Of a stretch of DNA of 64,000 nt, positions 1-7,677 are shown piece by piece. The first letter of the stretch is position 1; each line of letters opens with the position of its first letter. Below the pieces are notes generated by a model. The model had not been told where the DNA came from, did no database searches, and saw only the letters and a list, made by a program, of their open reading frames with translations. The stretch comes from Candidatus Saccharimonadia bacterium (GTDB lineage Bacteria; Patescibacteriota; Saccharimonadia; Saccharimonadales; Saccharimonadaceae). The position numbers and the translations under genes were made by a program. Location: the NCBI GenBank assembly GCA_023257815.1, contig JALRBJ010000002.1, positions 18,787 through 82,786 on the forward strand, read 5' to 3'.

Positions 1-835
1 TATTAGGTTTTTGCTTTATCAGCGATGTATCGACATGTTCGTTTTTTAGGTTAGCCATGGAATCATCACCCGCCTTGTCGTCGCCCAGCCACGTGAGTAA
101 CCCAACGTTAAGCCCCAATCGTGCACACGATACTGCAGCATTTGGCGCCGGCCCAACTGATTGAACCACCTCTACTTCTTCGTACGGAGGACGACCGCCA
201 AACGGTATCTTGACCCAACTGCGGCCGGCATCATCTTCTTCAACCTTGGCCACGTCCTCGGATAACTTAATAAACGCGTCTGTAAATATGTCGCCAATCA
301 TAAGTAGTGATGGAGCTTCATCTGTAGATTCTGGTTTTTGTAGGGCTTTATCGATTTCTTCATGACCTTCATCGTGAACCGGTTTTAAGCCTACCTGTGC
401 AGCTAAATGGTGTACTAGCTCATCGGAAGTTCGATCATGTTCCGCATAGCGCTTGATTATCTCTATGCGTAAGTTACGTTGAGCGTGTCCAGTGCTACGA
501 GATTCAAATGGTAGCTGATGGTGTGAATTTTCAATTACGTCTAGAAGATTGAATGAAACAGGTCCTTCATCAAAAGGAAGCAGTACATATTGTGTATTTG
601 CAAGTTGGGCTAAATCACCCTTTTGGACAATCGCTATAAGCGCATGGTAAAGCTCTTCGGCCGACGTATCAGCTGGATCAATACCGGCTGAACGCATTAC
701 AGCATGTGCTCGTTCTGTAATATCTGCAATCAAGCGGGTATCGACACCGCTATTAGCACTGGCCTTTTCTAAATCTGAAATTGTGCGTGTGAACAACGGG
801 TGATCGCTTTCAAGTAGTGACGCTAAGAATTTCAT
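1..835 (-). CDS. PfkB-family carbohydrate kinase with ~190-aa N-terminal extension (N-terminal part only; continues beyond window start)
   Basis: Not in the ORF track because it is truncated. Reverse-strand ATG at 835-833 follows GGAGGGG (837-843). The frame MKFLASLLESDHPLF... stays open to position 1. The last ~90 aa (GDIFTDAF...VGPAPNAAVSCARLGLNVG...GDDKAGD) resemble the N-terminal region of ribokinase/PfkB kinases. Confidence 0.55.
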   Translation of the reverse strand, partial: MKFLASLLESDHPLFTRTISDLEKASANSGVDTRLIADITERAHAVMRSAGIDPADTSAEELYHALIAIVQKGDLAQLANTQYVLLPFDEGPVSFNLLDVIENSHHQLPFESRSTGHAQRNLRIEIIKRYAEHDRTSDELVHHLAAQVGLKPVHDEGHEEIDKALQKPESTDEAPSLLMIGDIFTDAFIKLSEDVAKVEEDDAGRSWVKIPFGGRPPYEEVEVVQSVGPAPNAAVSCARLGLNVGLLTWLGDDKAGDDSMANLKNEHVDTSLIKQKPN

Positions 836-842
836 ACCCCTC

Positions 843-1820
843 CTAAAATACTTTTTCATTAAGCGGCATATCATGTAGCTTAGTATTACTGTGCAGAATG
901 CCTGTCTTTGCACCAATTTTCGTTACAACCGATGTTGAGTTTGCACTGGCAAAAACGATTGCTTCTTTCAAAGATTTTGCCTGTACCCACTGACTTAGAA
1001 AACCAGAGCCAAACGCATCCCCAGCACCAGTTCGATCAATTACTTTTACATCCTGATACATACCAGCTCTTACGATGGTCTTGCCATCAGTAGCAACTAC
1101 ACCATTCGGGCCGTCACTTACAACAACTACAGAAACATAGTTAAGAAGATGCCTCGCAAGCTCTTCACTGTCGCTTCCTTCAACGATTTGCATAGCTTCT
1201 TCTTTATTTACACTGAGAATTGTTACGTCAGCAAGTAAGCCTTTTAGTTTGTCGGGCTGCTTTAGTTCACCTTTACCTGGATTAAAGAAAATTTTCATGC
1301 CCTTATCGTTTGCCTGATGAAAAATATGAGAAAGTGCATCCATACTTCCAGCCATACTTGATACATACAGCCATTCGGCCTCAACTTCATCTAGGTTGAA
1401 CTGCTTCATATCATAATGGGTACTTGCACCCCTATACGTTAAGATAGTCCGCTCTCCATTCGGTGCAAGCAGCAGTACTGAATACCCTGTATTCAACGTC
1501 TTTGAGTACGATACAAACCTCGTATCAACTCCTTCGTTATCAAGGTCATCAAGCACAGCCTGACCAGCAGGATCATGGCCGATTGTACCCATAAAATGGG
1601 CATGTAGCCCCTGGCGTGCGAAGGTTACTGCTGCATTTGTAGCACCACCACCGGTAGAAAAATTGATCGTATTGACATCGGCTTTCCCGCCCATTTCAAG
1701 CTGCATAACCTGTTCATGCAAAGTCTTATCTGTCACGGGTTTGAACTCATCACTATGGCTCAAAAAAACGTCTTGTACCGCAGCACCAATCGATAGAATT
1801 GAAGGAATATGCCCACTCAT
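843..1820 (-). CDS. PfkB-family sugar / sugar-phosphate kinase
   Basis: 325-aa ORF. GGGATNAAV near the N-terminus and DRTGAGDAFGSGF near the C-terminus match the two PfkB/ribokinase signature regions. Confidence 0.85.
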   Translation of the reverse strand: MSGHIPSILSIGAAVQDVFLSHSDEFKPVTDKTLHEQVMQLEMGGKADVNTINFSTGGGATNAAVTFARQGLHAHFMGTIGHDPAGQAVLDDLDNEGVDTRFVSYSKTLNTGYSVLLLAPNGERTILTYRGASTHYDMKQFNLDEVEAEWLYVSSMAGSMDALSHIFHQANDKGMKIFFNPGKGELKQPDKLKGLLADVTILSVNKEEAMQIVEGSDSEELARHLLNYVSVVVVSDGPNGVVATDGKTIVRAGMYQDVKVIDRTGAGDAFGSGFLSQWVQAKSLKEAIVFASANSTSVVTKIGAKTGILHSNTKLHDMPLNEKVF

Positions 1821-1850
1821 TAATTCAAATTATACCACTTATGGTTAATC

Positions 1851-2759
1851 TTATATTGCCTTGCCAGCCGAGCCAAAGGCATTTATTTTTTCTTCAACCA
1901 CCGCCTGTACGGCTTCGTAGACCGTTGGCATTAATTTTACTACCGCATACTCTTTAGGATTATCGGCCAAGACTTTTTCAAGACTTGTACGGAATACGTA
2001 TCGCATATCGCTATTAATGTTAATTTTACTTACGCCAATCTTGGCCGCTTCCTCAAAGTAGTGGAGCGGTGTACCAGAACCGCCATGCAGTGATATCTGA
2101 CAGCCGATTGACTCACGAATTCGAGTTAACAGCTCAAGGTCAAGCTCTTTAGGTACCGGATATTTACCGTGTAAATTGCCGACAGCCGCAGCAAATGTAT
2201 CTATACCAGTTGCTTCAACAAATGCTTTGGCGCCTTCGGGTGTGCTAAATGTCTTTTTAATCGCCTCGTAGTCAATCTCTTCTTCATGTAAGTTCGAGGA
2301 GCCGCCAAAATAATGCGGCTCACTCTCTACCAAAGCCCCGGTGAATTTTGCATATTCAACCACTTCTTTAGTTTTTGCGATAATTTCTTCTTCTGAAGCA
2401 TTATGATCGGCCTGGGAAATATCTATATGAATGAACTCGTAACCAGCATCAATTGCACGTTTGCAGTTTTCGACGGTCGGGCTGTGGTCAAGGTTAATAT
2501 ACATCTCAACCCCGTATTCGTCCTTGTAGTTATCTACCATGTCGCGCACATTCTCAAGACCCAGCGCTTCAACCTCACCATCACTTACTTCTACCAACAC
2601 CGGACTATTCAATTTTTGTGCCGCACGCGCAATTGCAATCAGTGTTTCCTGATTATCAATATTAAACGCTCCCACCGCAAATTTTTGCTGGCGCGAACGC
2701 TGCATCAAATGCCGTGCCCTCGTAGTATTATCGCGAATTTGCCTTATGCTATGACTCAT
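1851..2759 (-). CDS. fba: Class II fructose-bisphosphate aldolase family protein
   Basis: 302-aa ORF with class II aldolase motifs (INLDHS, ISLHGGSG). Sits between the kinase and transketolase genes. Confidence 0.85.
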   Translation of the reverse strand: MSHSIRQIRDNTTRARHLMQRSRQQKFAVGAFNIDNQETLIAIARAAQKLNSPVLVEVSDGEVEALGLENVRDMVDNYKDEYGVEMYINLDHSPTVENCKRAIDAGYEFIHIDISQADHNASEEEIIAKTKEVVEYAKFTGALVESEPHYFGGSSNLHEEEIDYEAIKKTFSTPEGAKAFVEATGIDTFAAAVGNLHGKYPVPKELDLELLTRIRESIGCQISLHGGSGTPLHYFEEAAKIGVSKININSDMRYVFRTSLEKVLADNPKEYAVVKLMPTVYEAVQAVVEEKINAFGSAGKAI

Positions 2760-2766
2760 ACTTTTA

Positions 2767-3765
2767 TTAATACCCTTTCTTATACTGCGGAGCGCGTTTT
2801 ATGAATTCAATTATCTTTTTTGCAATGCTTTCTCCATCAAGTTCAAATGCCTCGATGACTTCGCGCGGCGTACCACTCTCTCCATAACGATCTTCCACAC
2901 CAAGGCGCTTGATTGGAACAGGCAGTTCCTCACTTGTGAGCTCTACAATCGCTCCGCCAAGTCCACCTGCAATCTGAGCTTCTTCAACAGTTGCACCACG
3001 GCCAGTTTTTTCTAAACTCTTCAGCACCGTTTTATTGTCAAGTGGTTTAATAGTTGGAACATGTACTACTTCAGCGTTAATACCTTGCTTGGCTAAAATT
3101 TCTGCAGCCATTAAAACCTCGTAGGTCATAGTGCCAGTACCAAACAAACTAATGTCCTTACCTTCGCGTAGTACATACGCCTTGCCTATCTCGAACGGCG
3201 ACTCAAGAGTACTAAAAATCGGTACTTTATCTCGCGCCAGACGCAGGTAGCTCGGCTTACCATTTTTGGCTATGGCCACTGTGGCTTTTTCGGCTTCGAT
3301 ACTATCACCAGGCGCAATCACCACCATGTTCGGCATTACGCGCATTAAAGCAATATCTTCAAGCATCTGGTGGGTCGCACCGTCTGGGCCTGTGTATAGG
3401 CCAGCGTGTCCGCCCACTACTTTAACCGGCTGATCATTCAACGCGGCAGTTGTTTTGATTTGCTCCCAGTTTCGACCAGGACTAAATGCAGCATAGCTTG
3501 CGGTAAATGGTATCTTGCCCGCCCGTGCCAAGCCGCTCGCAACGGTCACTAGATTTTGCTCAGCCACACCAACTTCAATATAACGCTTTGGAAAAGCTTC
3601 TTTAAACAAGTGCATTTGTACGCTTTCAGTTAGATCAGCACACAGCGCAACTACATTTTTATCCAGCTCACCAGCCTTCTTTAAACCACGCCCAAAACCG
3701 GCTCGGTTAGCTTCACGTTCCACATCGGAGTTTGCGTAGTTGGGGTTCAAGTTGAAGCTACTCAT
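2767..3765 (-). CDS. tkt: Transketolase, C-terminal (pyrimidine-binding) subunit
   Basis: 332-aa ORF homologous to the Pyr and C-terminal domains of transketolase. Overlaps the N-terminal subunit gene by 4 nt. Confidence 0.9.
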   Translation of the reverse strand: MSSFNLNPNYANSDVEREANRAGFGRGLKKAGELDKNVVALCADLTESVQMHLFKEAFPKRYIEVGVAEQNLVTVASGLARAGKIPFTASYAAFSPGRNWEQIKTTAALNDQPVKVVGGHAGLYTGPDGATHQMLEDIALMRVMPNMVVIAPGDSIEAEKATVAIAKNGKPSYLRLARDKVPIFSTLESPFEIGKAYVLREGKDISLFGTGTMTYEVLMAAEILAKQGINAEVVHVPTIKPLDNKTVLKSLEKTGRGATVEEAQIAGGLGGAIVELTSEELPVPIKRLGVEDRYGESGTPREVIEAFELDGESIAKKIIEFIKRAPQYKKGY

Positions 3766-4622
3766 TGGTGTTCGCCCCTAATTTTGCCACGTAATGTTCT
3801 AAGTTCATGAAGAGCTTCCTTGGCTTGTTCGTGATTTGGCGGCATACCATGCCAGCGATAATCGTATTCCATGAAATCAACACCCTTACCAGGTATCGTA
3901 TGGGTAATTACCACGCTTGGTCGATTAGTAATCGCTTTTGCCATTCCTATCGCATCCTGAATTGATTCGATATTATGGCCGTCAATCTCTTGCACGTGCC
4001 AGCCAAAACTCTGCCACTTACCTCGCAAATCTTCTAGCGGCATCACGTCTTCGGTATTACCATCAATCTGTATGTTATTTCGATCAACAAATACAATAAG
4101 CTGACTTAATTTGTATTTGCCAGCAAACATAGCAGCTTCCCAAATGTTACCTTCATCCAGTTCGCCATCACCCGTTACACAGTAGACAAAGCGATGTTTT
4201 TGATCATCAAGATACTGCAAGCTATAGGCCACACCTGCAGCCTGGCTAAGTCCGCTCCCCAGCGGACCACTTGTATTTTCTAGGCCTGGTAATTTTGTAC
4301 GTTCAGGATGACCCTGCAAACGCGAGCCCAATTTACGCAGTGTAAGCAACTCTTTCTTGTCAAAGAATCCCGCCTCGGCCATGGCAGCGTACTGCACAGG
4401 TACGCAATGACCGTTCGACAGAAAAAAGAAATCGCGGTCGTTCCACTCTGGTTTCTTTGACTTATAATTCATCACCCCAAAGTAAAGAGTTGCAATCAAG
4501 TCAGCTAGCCCTAAAGGCCCCGCCGAATGGCCACTGCCCGCTTCTTCAAGCATGGTTATAATATCACGACGTATTGTAGTCGCCTTTTGTTCAATCTGCC
4601 TAATTGTAAGTTGCCCACTCAT
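3762..4622 (-). CDS. tkt: Transketolase, N-terminal (TPP-binding) subunit
   Basis: 286-aa ORF with GHSAGPLG and GDGELDEGNIWEA thiamine-diphosphate-binding motifs. Confidence 0.9.
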   Translation of the reverse strand: MSGQLTIRQIEQKATTIRRDIITMLEEAGSGHSAGPLGLADLIATLYFGVMNYKSKKPEWNDRDFFFLSNGHCVPVQYAAMAEAGFFDKKELLTLRKLGSRLQGHPERTKLPGLENTSGPLGSGLSQAAGVAYSLQYLDDQKHRFVYCVTGDGELDEGNIWEAAMFAGKYKLSQLIVFVDRNNIQIDGNTEDVMPLEDLRGKWQSFGWHVQEIDGHNIESIQDAIGMAKAITNRPSVVITHTIPGKGVDFMEYDYRWHGMPPNHEQAKEALHELRTLRGKIRGEHQ

Positions 4623-4649
4623 TACTGTTATTGTAGCATGAGCGGTTTA

Positions 4650-5297
4650 TTAAATAACGCTATGCTTATTAATTTCTGCTACAAGAGCATTATAGGATGC
4701 AGCTGGATCAGCGCTCTTAGCAATTGCACCACCAACATTCAATACGTCAACCCCACCTTGGGCTAATCCAAAGGCATTATCTAGATTAATGCCCCCATCC
4801 CAACCAATCTCAATATCTTGCCTGATCGCACGAATTAATCGCACCTTTTCTAGCTGCATTAAGCTAGCAGTACCACCATAATGACCAAGATCACCACTGA
4901 ATATCATTACGTGATCTACTTGCTGGATTAAAGTAGCCACTGTTGATGGCACCGTAGAGCGCTGCAAGGCAATGCCAGCCTTTAGGCCGGCGGATTTGAT
5001 TTTTTGTATGATTGGCAGCAAATCCTCTTGAACCTCGGCATGAAAGATAATTAGGTCAGCTTTCAAAGCAATTAACTGATTGACGTACTCGGATGGACGC
5101 GCAACCATAGCATGGATGTCAGCATGCCAACCTTGTGGCCACCAGGCTTCAGAGGCACTAATAGTAAAGGTTGGGGCAAATTCACCATCTGAAATATCAA
5201 CATGGACACGAGTGGCTAATTGATGAATCTTTTCCATCATTTCCTTATACTGGTCAGTTGTTTCCGCAAGAACAGCTGGTGCAATTACAGCAGGCAC
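4650..5297 (-). CDS. rpe: Ribulose-phosphate 3-epimerase-like protein
   Basis: 215-aa ORF. HVDISDGEFAP and WDGGIN resemble RPE TIM-barrel motifs. Pentose-phosphate gene context supports the call. Confidence 0.65.
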   Translation of the reverse strand: MPAVIAPAVLAETTDQYKEMMEKIHQLATRVHVDISDGEFAPTFTISASEAWWPQGWHADIHAMVARPSEYVNQLIALKADLIIFHAEVQEDLLPIIQKIKSAGLKAGIALQRSTVPSTVATLIQQVDHVMIFSGDLGHYGGTASLMQLEKVRLIRAIRQDIEIGWDGGINLDNAFGLAQGGVDVLNVGGAIAKSADPAASYNALVAEINKHSVI

Positions 5298-5299
5298 GT

Positions 5300-5752
5300 T
5301 TAAGCAAACTCATCAATCTGCGCATTGCGGCGCTTATACCTTGGAGCGTTAGCAAACGGTGTACTAAGCCATGTTTCGATAATACCCTTCCAAGCAGAGT
5401 CATCATTTTCTAAGATTCGAGCCGGTAAACATAGTACGTTACTATCATTATCATTACGAGTCATCTTTGCTTCGTAGGCATCCCATATGACTGCTGCACG
5501 AATACCACGGAATCTATTGGCCGCAATTGCCATCCCTTGACCACCACCGCAAATCAAAATTGCCCGTGGGTCTTCGCCTATATCGCCAATAACCTTTGTT
5601 GCAGCTAATTGAGCAAAATCAGGAAAATCATCCGCAGGGTCAAGTTCTTGATCCCCCACGTCTTCTACGTCGTAATCATGCTTCGCAAGGTAAGCAAACA
5701 CTTTTTCTTTCATGTGAAAGCCTTGATGATCTGCTCCAAGATATATCTTCAT
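5300..5752 (-). CDS. rpiB: Ribose-5-phosphate isomerase B
   Basis: 150-aa ORF. GADHQGF and CGGGQGMAIAANRFRGIRAA are typical RpiB/LacAB motifs. Confidence 0.9.
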   Translation of the reverse strand: MKIYLGADHQGFHMKEKVFAYLAKHDYDVEDVGDQELDPADDFPDFAQLAATKVIGDIGEDPRAILICGGGQGMAIAANRFRGIRAAVIWDAYEAKMTRNDNDSNVLCLPARILENDDSAWKGIIETWLSTPFANAPRYKRRNAQIDEFA

Positions 5753-5794
5753 ATGTTTATAAGTATAAGCAGGATGTTGGTAGGTGTAAAGCTA

Positions 5795-5823
5795 TTGACA
5801 AATTATATATAAATTGATATAAT
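5795..5823 (+). promoter_or_regulatory. Sigma70-type promoter, TTGACA-N17-TATAAT
   Basis: Exact consensus -35 (5795-5800) and -10 (5818-5823) with a 17-nt spacer, about 65 nt upstream of the GC-rich ORF at 5889. Confidence 0.55.
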
Positions 5824-5888
5824 CACTTTCACGTTACACCTCTCCGTCATACGACCGAGGTGCGACTGCACCTCAGATAGGAACTACT

Positions 5889-6353
5889 ATGTTCATCACC
5901 AATGTGTTGCTCGCCTGCGTAGCGTCGCTGCTCGTCCTGATCTTCTGCGCGTTGATCATCAAGAAGCCGCCGACACCCACCCAGCCTGATCTGGTGCTGA
6001 TCAACCTCCTCAACGATGCCATCGAGGGCTTCGGCAAGGCCGCCCAGCACCACATCGACGTGTCGGCCGTCGTGAAGCTCGTGCAGCAGCTCGATGCCGA
6101 CCCGAACGCGCTGGAGCTGATCAAGTCCTACCCCGAAACAGTACGTGCCGCCGCCTGGCTGCACTACATCAACACACTGGGGGCCGACTTGCGGCGCGCG
6201 CAGCAGCGGTTGTCGGAGTCGCACGCGGGTAAGGGATACGTCGAACCCGTTCCGCAATACATCGATCGCGACCAAGCGCGTGTCGATGCCCTCCGCACCA
6301 AGCTCGACAAGGCCGTCGAGGCATCAGGGCAGACTGGTCTGCGTCCCGTCTGA
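5889..6353 (+). CDS. Hypothetical membrane-anchored protein encoded on a GC-rich insert
   Basis: 154-aa ORF with an N-terminal hydrophobic helix (FITNVLLACVASLLVLIFCALII) followed by a helical soluble part. Codons end almost exclusively in G/C, unlike all neighbours. It is antisense to the surrounding operon. No family recognised. Confidence 0.5.
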   Translation: MFITNVLLACVASLLVLIFCALIIKKPPTPTQPDLVLINLLNDAIEGFGKAAQHHIDVSAVVKLVQQLDADPNALELIKSYPETVRAAAWLHYINTLGADLRRAQQRLSESHAGKGYVEPVPQYIDRDQARVDALRTKLDKAVEASGQTGLRPV

Positions 6354-6360
6354 AGCGCAG

Positions 6361-6388
6361 CTGGCAGGGAGATTCGTCTCCCTGCCAG
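6361..6388 (+). terminator. Perfect 12-bp GC-rich hairpin with TTCG loop
   Basis: ctggcagggaga-ttcg-tctccctgccag lies 8 nt after the stop of the 5889-6353 ORF. There is no U-tract, so function as a terminator is inferred only. Confidence 0.5.
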
Positions 6389-6422
6389 CACAGCACAACT
6401 TTTCACCCGATCTAGGGTGTTT

Positions 6423-7442
6423 TTATTTTTCTAGATGCTTCGCAACATCAGCTACGAGCTCAACAACACGATTACTGTAGCCCCATTCGTTGTCGTACCA
6501 TACACAAACTTTTATAAGATTCCCTCCAACAACCTTGGTTAGAGGAAGGTCTACGATACCTGAGTGGCTATTACCAATCAAATCGCGGCTAACCAGTTCA
6601 TCTTCGGAGACAGCCAGAATACCTTGGTAAAATGGTTCGCTTGCCGCCTTCTTAAACGCGTTATTAACTTCCTCAACTGTCACGTCTTTAGATAGTAGCG
6701 CGGTCACATCACTTATTGACACAACGGATGTTGGAACACGAAACGCATGGCCGTCAAACTTTCCTTTGAGCCCAGGTAATGCCTTAGTTACTGCAATTGC
6801 CGCACCGGTTGGCAGCGGTACAATATTTTCTGCCGCATTACGACCCTCACGGAGTGTCTTACTCGGCGCATCCTGCAAAGCCTGACTTGCCGTATAGCTA
6901 TGAACAGTGGTCAGAAGCGACTTCTCTACACCAAACTCAGCATCAAGTATTGCCATAACCGTCGCAACAGAGTTAGTCGTACAGCTGGCATTGTTCACAA
7001 TAACACTTGAATTAGCGATTGCATCGTCATTGGCACCGATTACAAGAGTGTCAACTTCCTCACTTTTGCTCGGACCGCTTATTACTACTCGTTGTGCGCC
7101 TGCCTTTACGTGTAAGCCGGCGCCTTCTGCATCAGTAAAACGTCCAGTAGATTCAATGACTACATCAATCTCTAAATCTTTCCAAGGAAGCGCAGCTGGA
7201 TCTTTTTCGGCTAACACCTTTACCGTATGACCATTCACCGTTATACCACCATCATCGCTAGCACTTACATCATGGCCATACGTACCATAGTTACTGTCAT
7301 GCTTAAGAAGATACGCAAGGGTATGGTTATCGGTTAGATCGTTGATTGCCACAATTTCTAAATCGCTACGTTCAAATGCTATCTTAAATACATTTCGGCC
7401 AATGCGCCCAAAGCCGTTAATGGCAATTTTGGTTTTACTCAT
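6423..7442 (-). CDS. gap: Glyceraldehyde-3-phosphate dehydrogenase
   Basis: 339-aa ORF with INGFGRIGR NAD motif and the SCTTNS active-site motif. AAGGAG lies upstream of the start. Confidence 0.95.
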   Translation of the reverse strand: MSKTKIAINGFGRIGRNVFKIAFERSDLEIVAINDLTDNHTLAYLLKHDSNYGTYGHDVSASDDGGITVNGHTVKVLAEKDPAALPWKDLEIDVVIESTGRFTDAEGAGLHVKAGAQRVVISGPSKSEEVDTLVIGANDDAIANSSVIVNNASCTTNSVATVMAILDAEFGVEKSLLTTVHSYTASQALQDAPSKTLREGRNAAENIVPLPTGAAIAVTKALPGLKGKFDGHAFRVPTSVVSISDVTALLSKDVTVEEVNNAFKKAASEPFYQGILAVSEDELVSRDLIGNSHSGIVDLPLTKVVGGNLIKVCVWYDNEWGYSNRVVELVADVAKHLEK

Positions 7443-7509
7443 TGTGCTTACCCACTCCTTATATGTTGTTTCAGGTTATGTTGCTTATGATTATACAGGA
7501 AAATTATAA

Positions 7510-7548
7510 CGGGTGAACCCAAGGCGTAGTATGCCCTGGGTTCACCCG
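7510..7548 (-). terminator. 12-bp-stem GC-rich hairpin in the gap upstream region
   Basis: cgggtgaaccca...tgggttcacccg with a 15-nt loop. On the minus strand it is followed by GTTATAATTTT. It lies between a micro-ORF and the gap SD. Confidence 0.4.
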
Positions 7549-7587
7549 CTTAGGTGGATGGGTGGAACCGGTAGAGGATCAGCCGGC

Positions 7588-7632
7588 TCACTCGTCGGCG
7601 CCGTTGAGTGCCTCACAGCCGTTGAAACTCAT
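7588..7632 (-). CDS. Candidate 14-aa micro-ORF (MSFNGCEALNGADE)
   Basis: The ATG follows GAGGAGGTG with a 6-nt spacer. It is GC-rich and is followed ~40 nt later by the 7510-7548 hairpin. Coding status is unproven. Confidence 0.2.
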   Translation of the reverse strand: MSFNGCEALNGADE

Positions 7633-7677
7633 TCTCATCACCTCCTCTCATCCTTAGCCTTAGTATATAATAAGATT

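Noticed and set aside
5847-6480. Five additional tracked ORFs (5847-6275, 5873-6124, 6145-6480, 6164-6406, 6169-6396) overlapping the 5889-6353 gene in other frames.
   Set aside because: Stop-codon scarcity in GC-rich DNA produces long spurious frames. Their translations are Arg/Ala/Pro-rich low-complexity sequence. Only the 5889 frame has a promoter and a sensible TM plus helical domain layout.
7513-7677. A 55-aa N-terminal extension of the rel ORF (MNPRRSMPWVHPLRWMGG...).
   Set aside because: It crosses the GC-rich hairpin region and has no SD. The conserved Rel N-terminus begins at MKKSEVLEAAK (7678), which has a -10 box 6 nt upstream.
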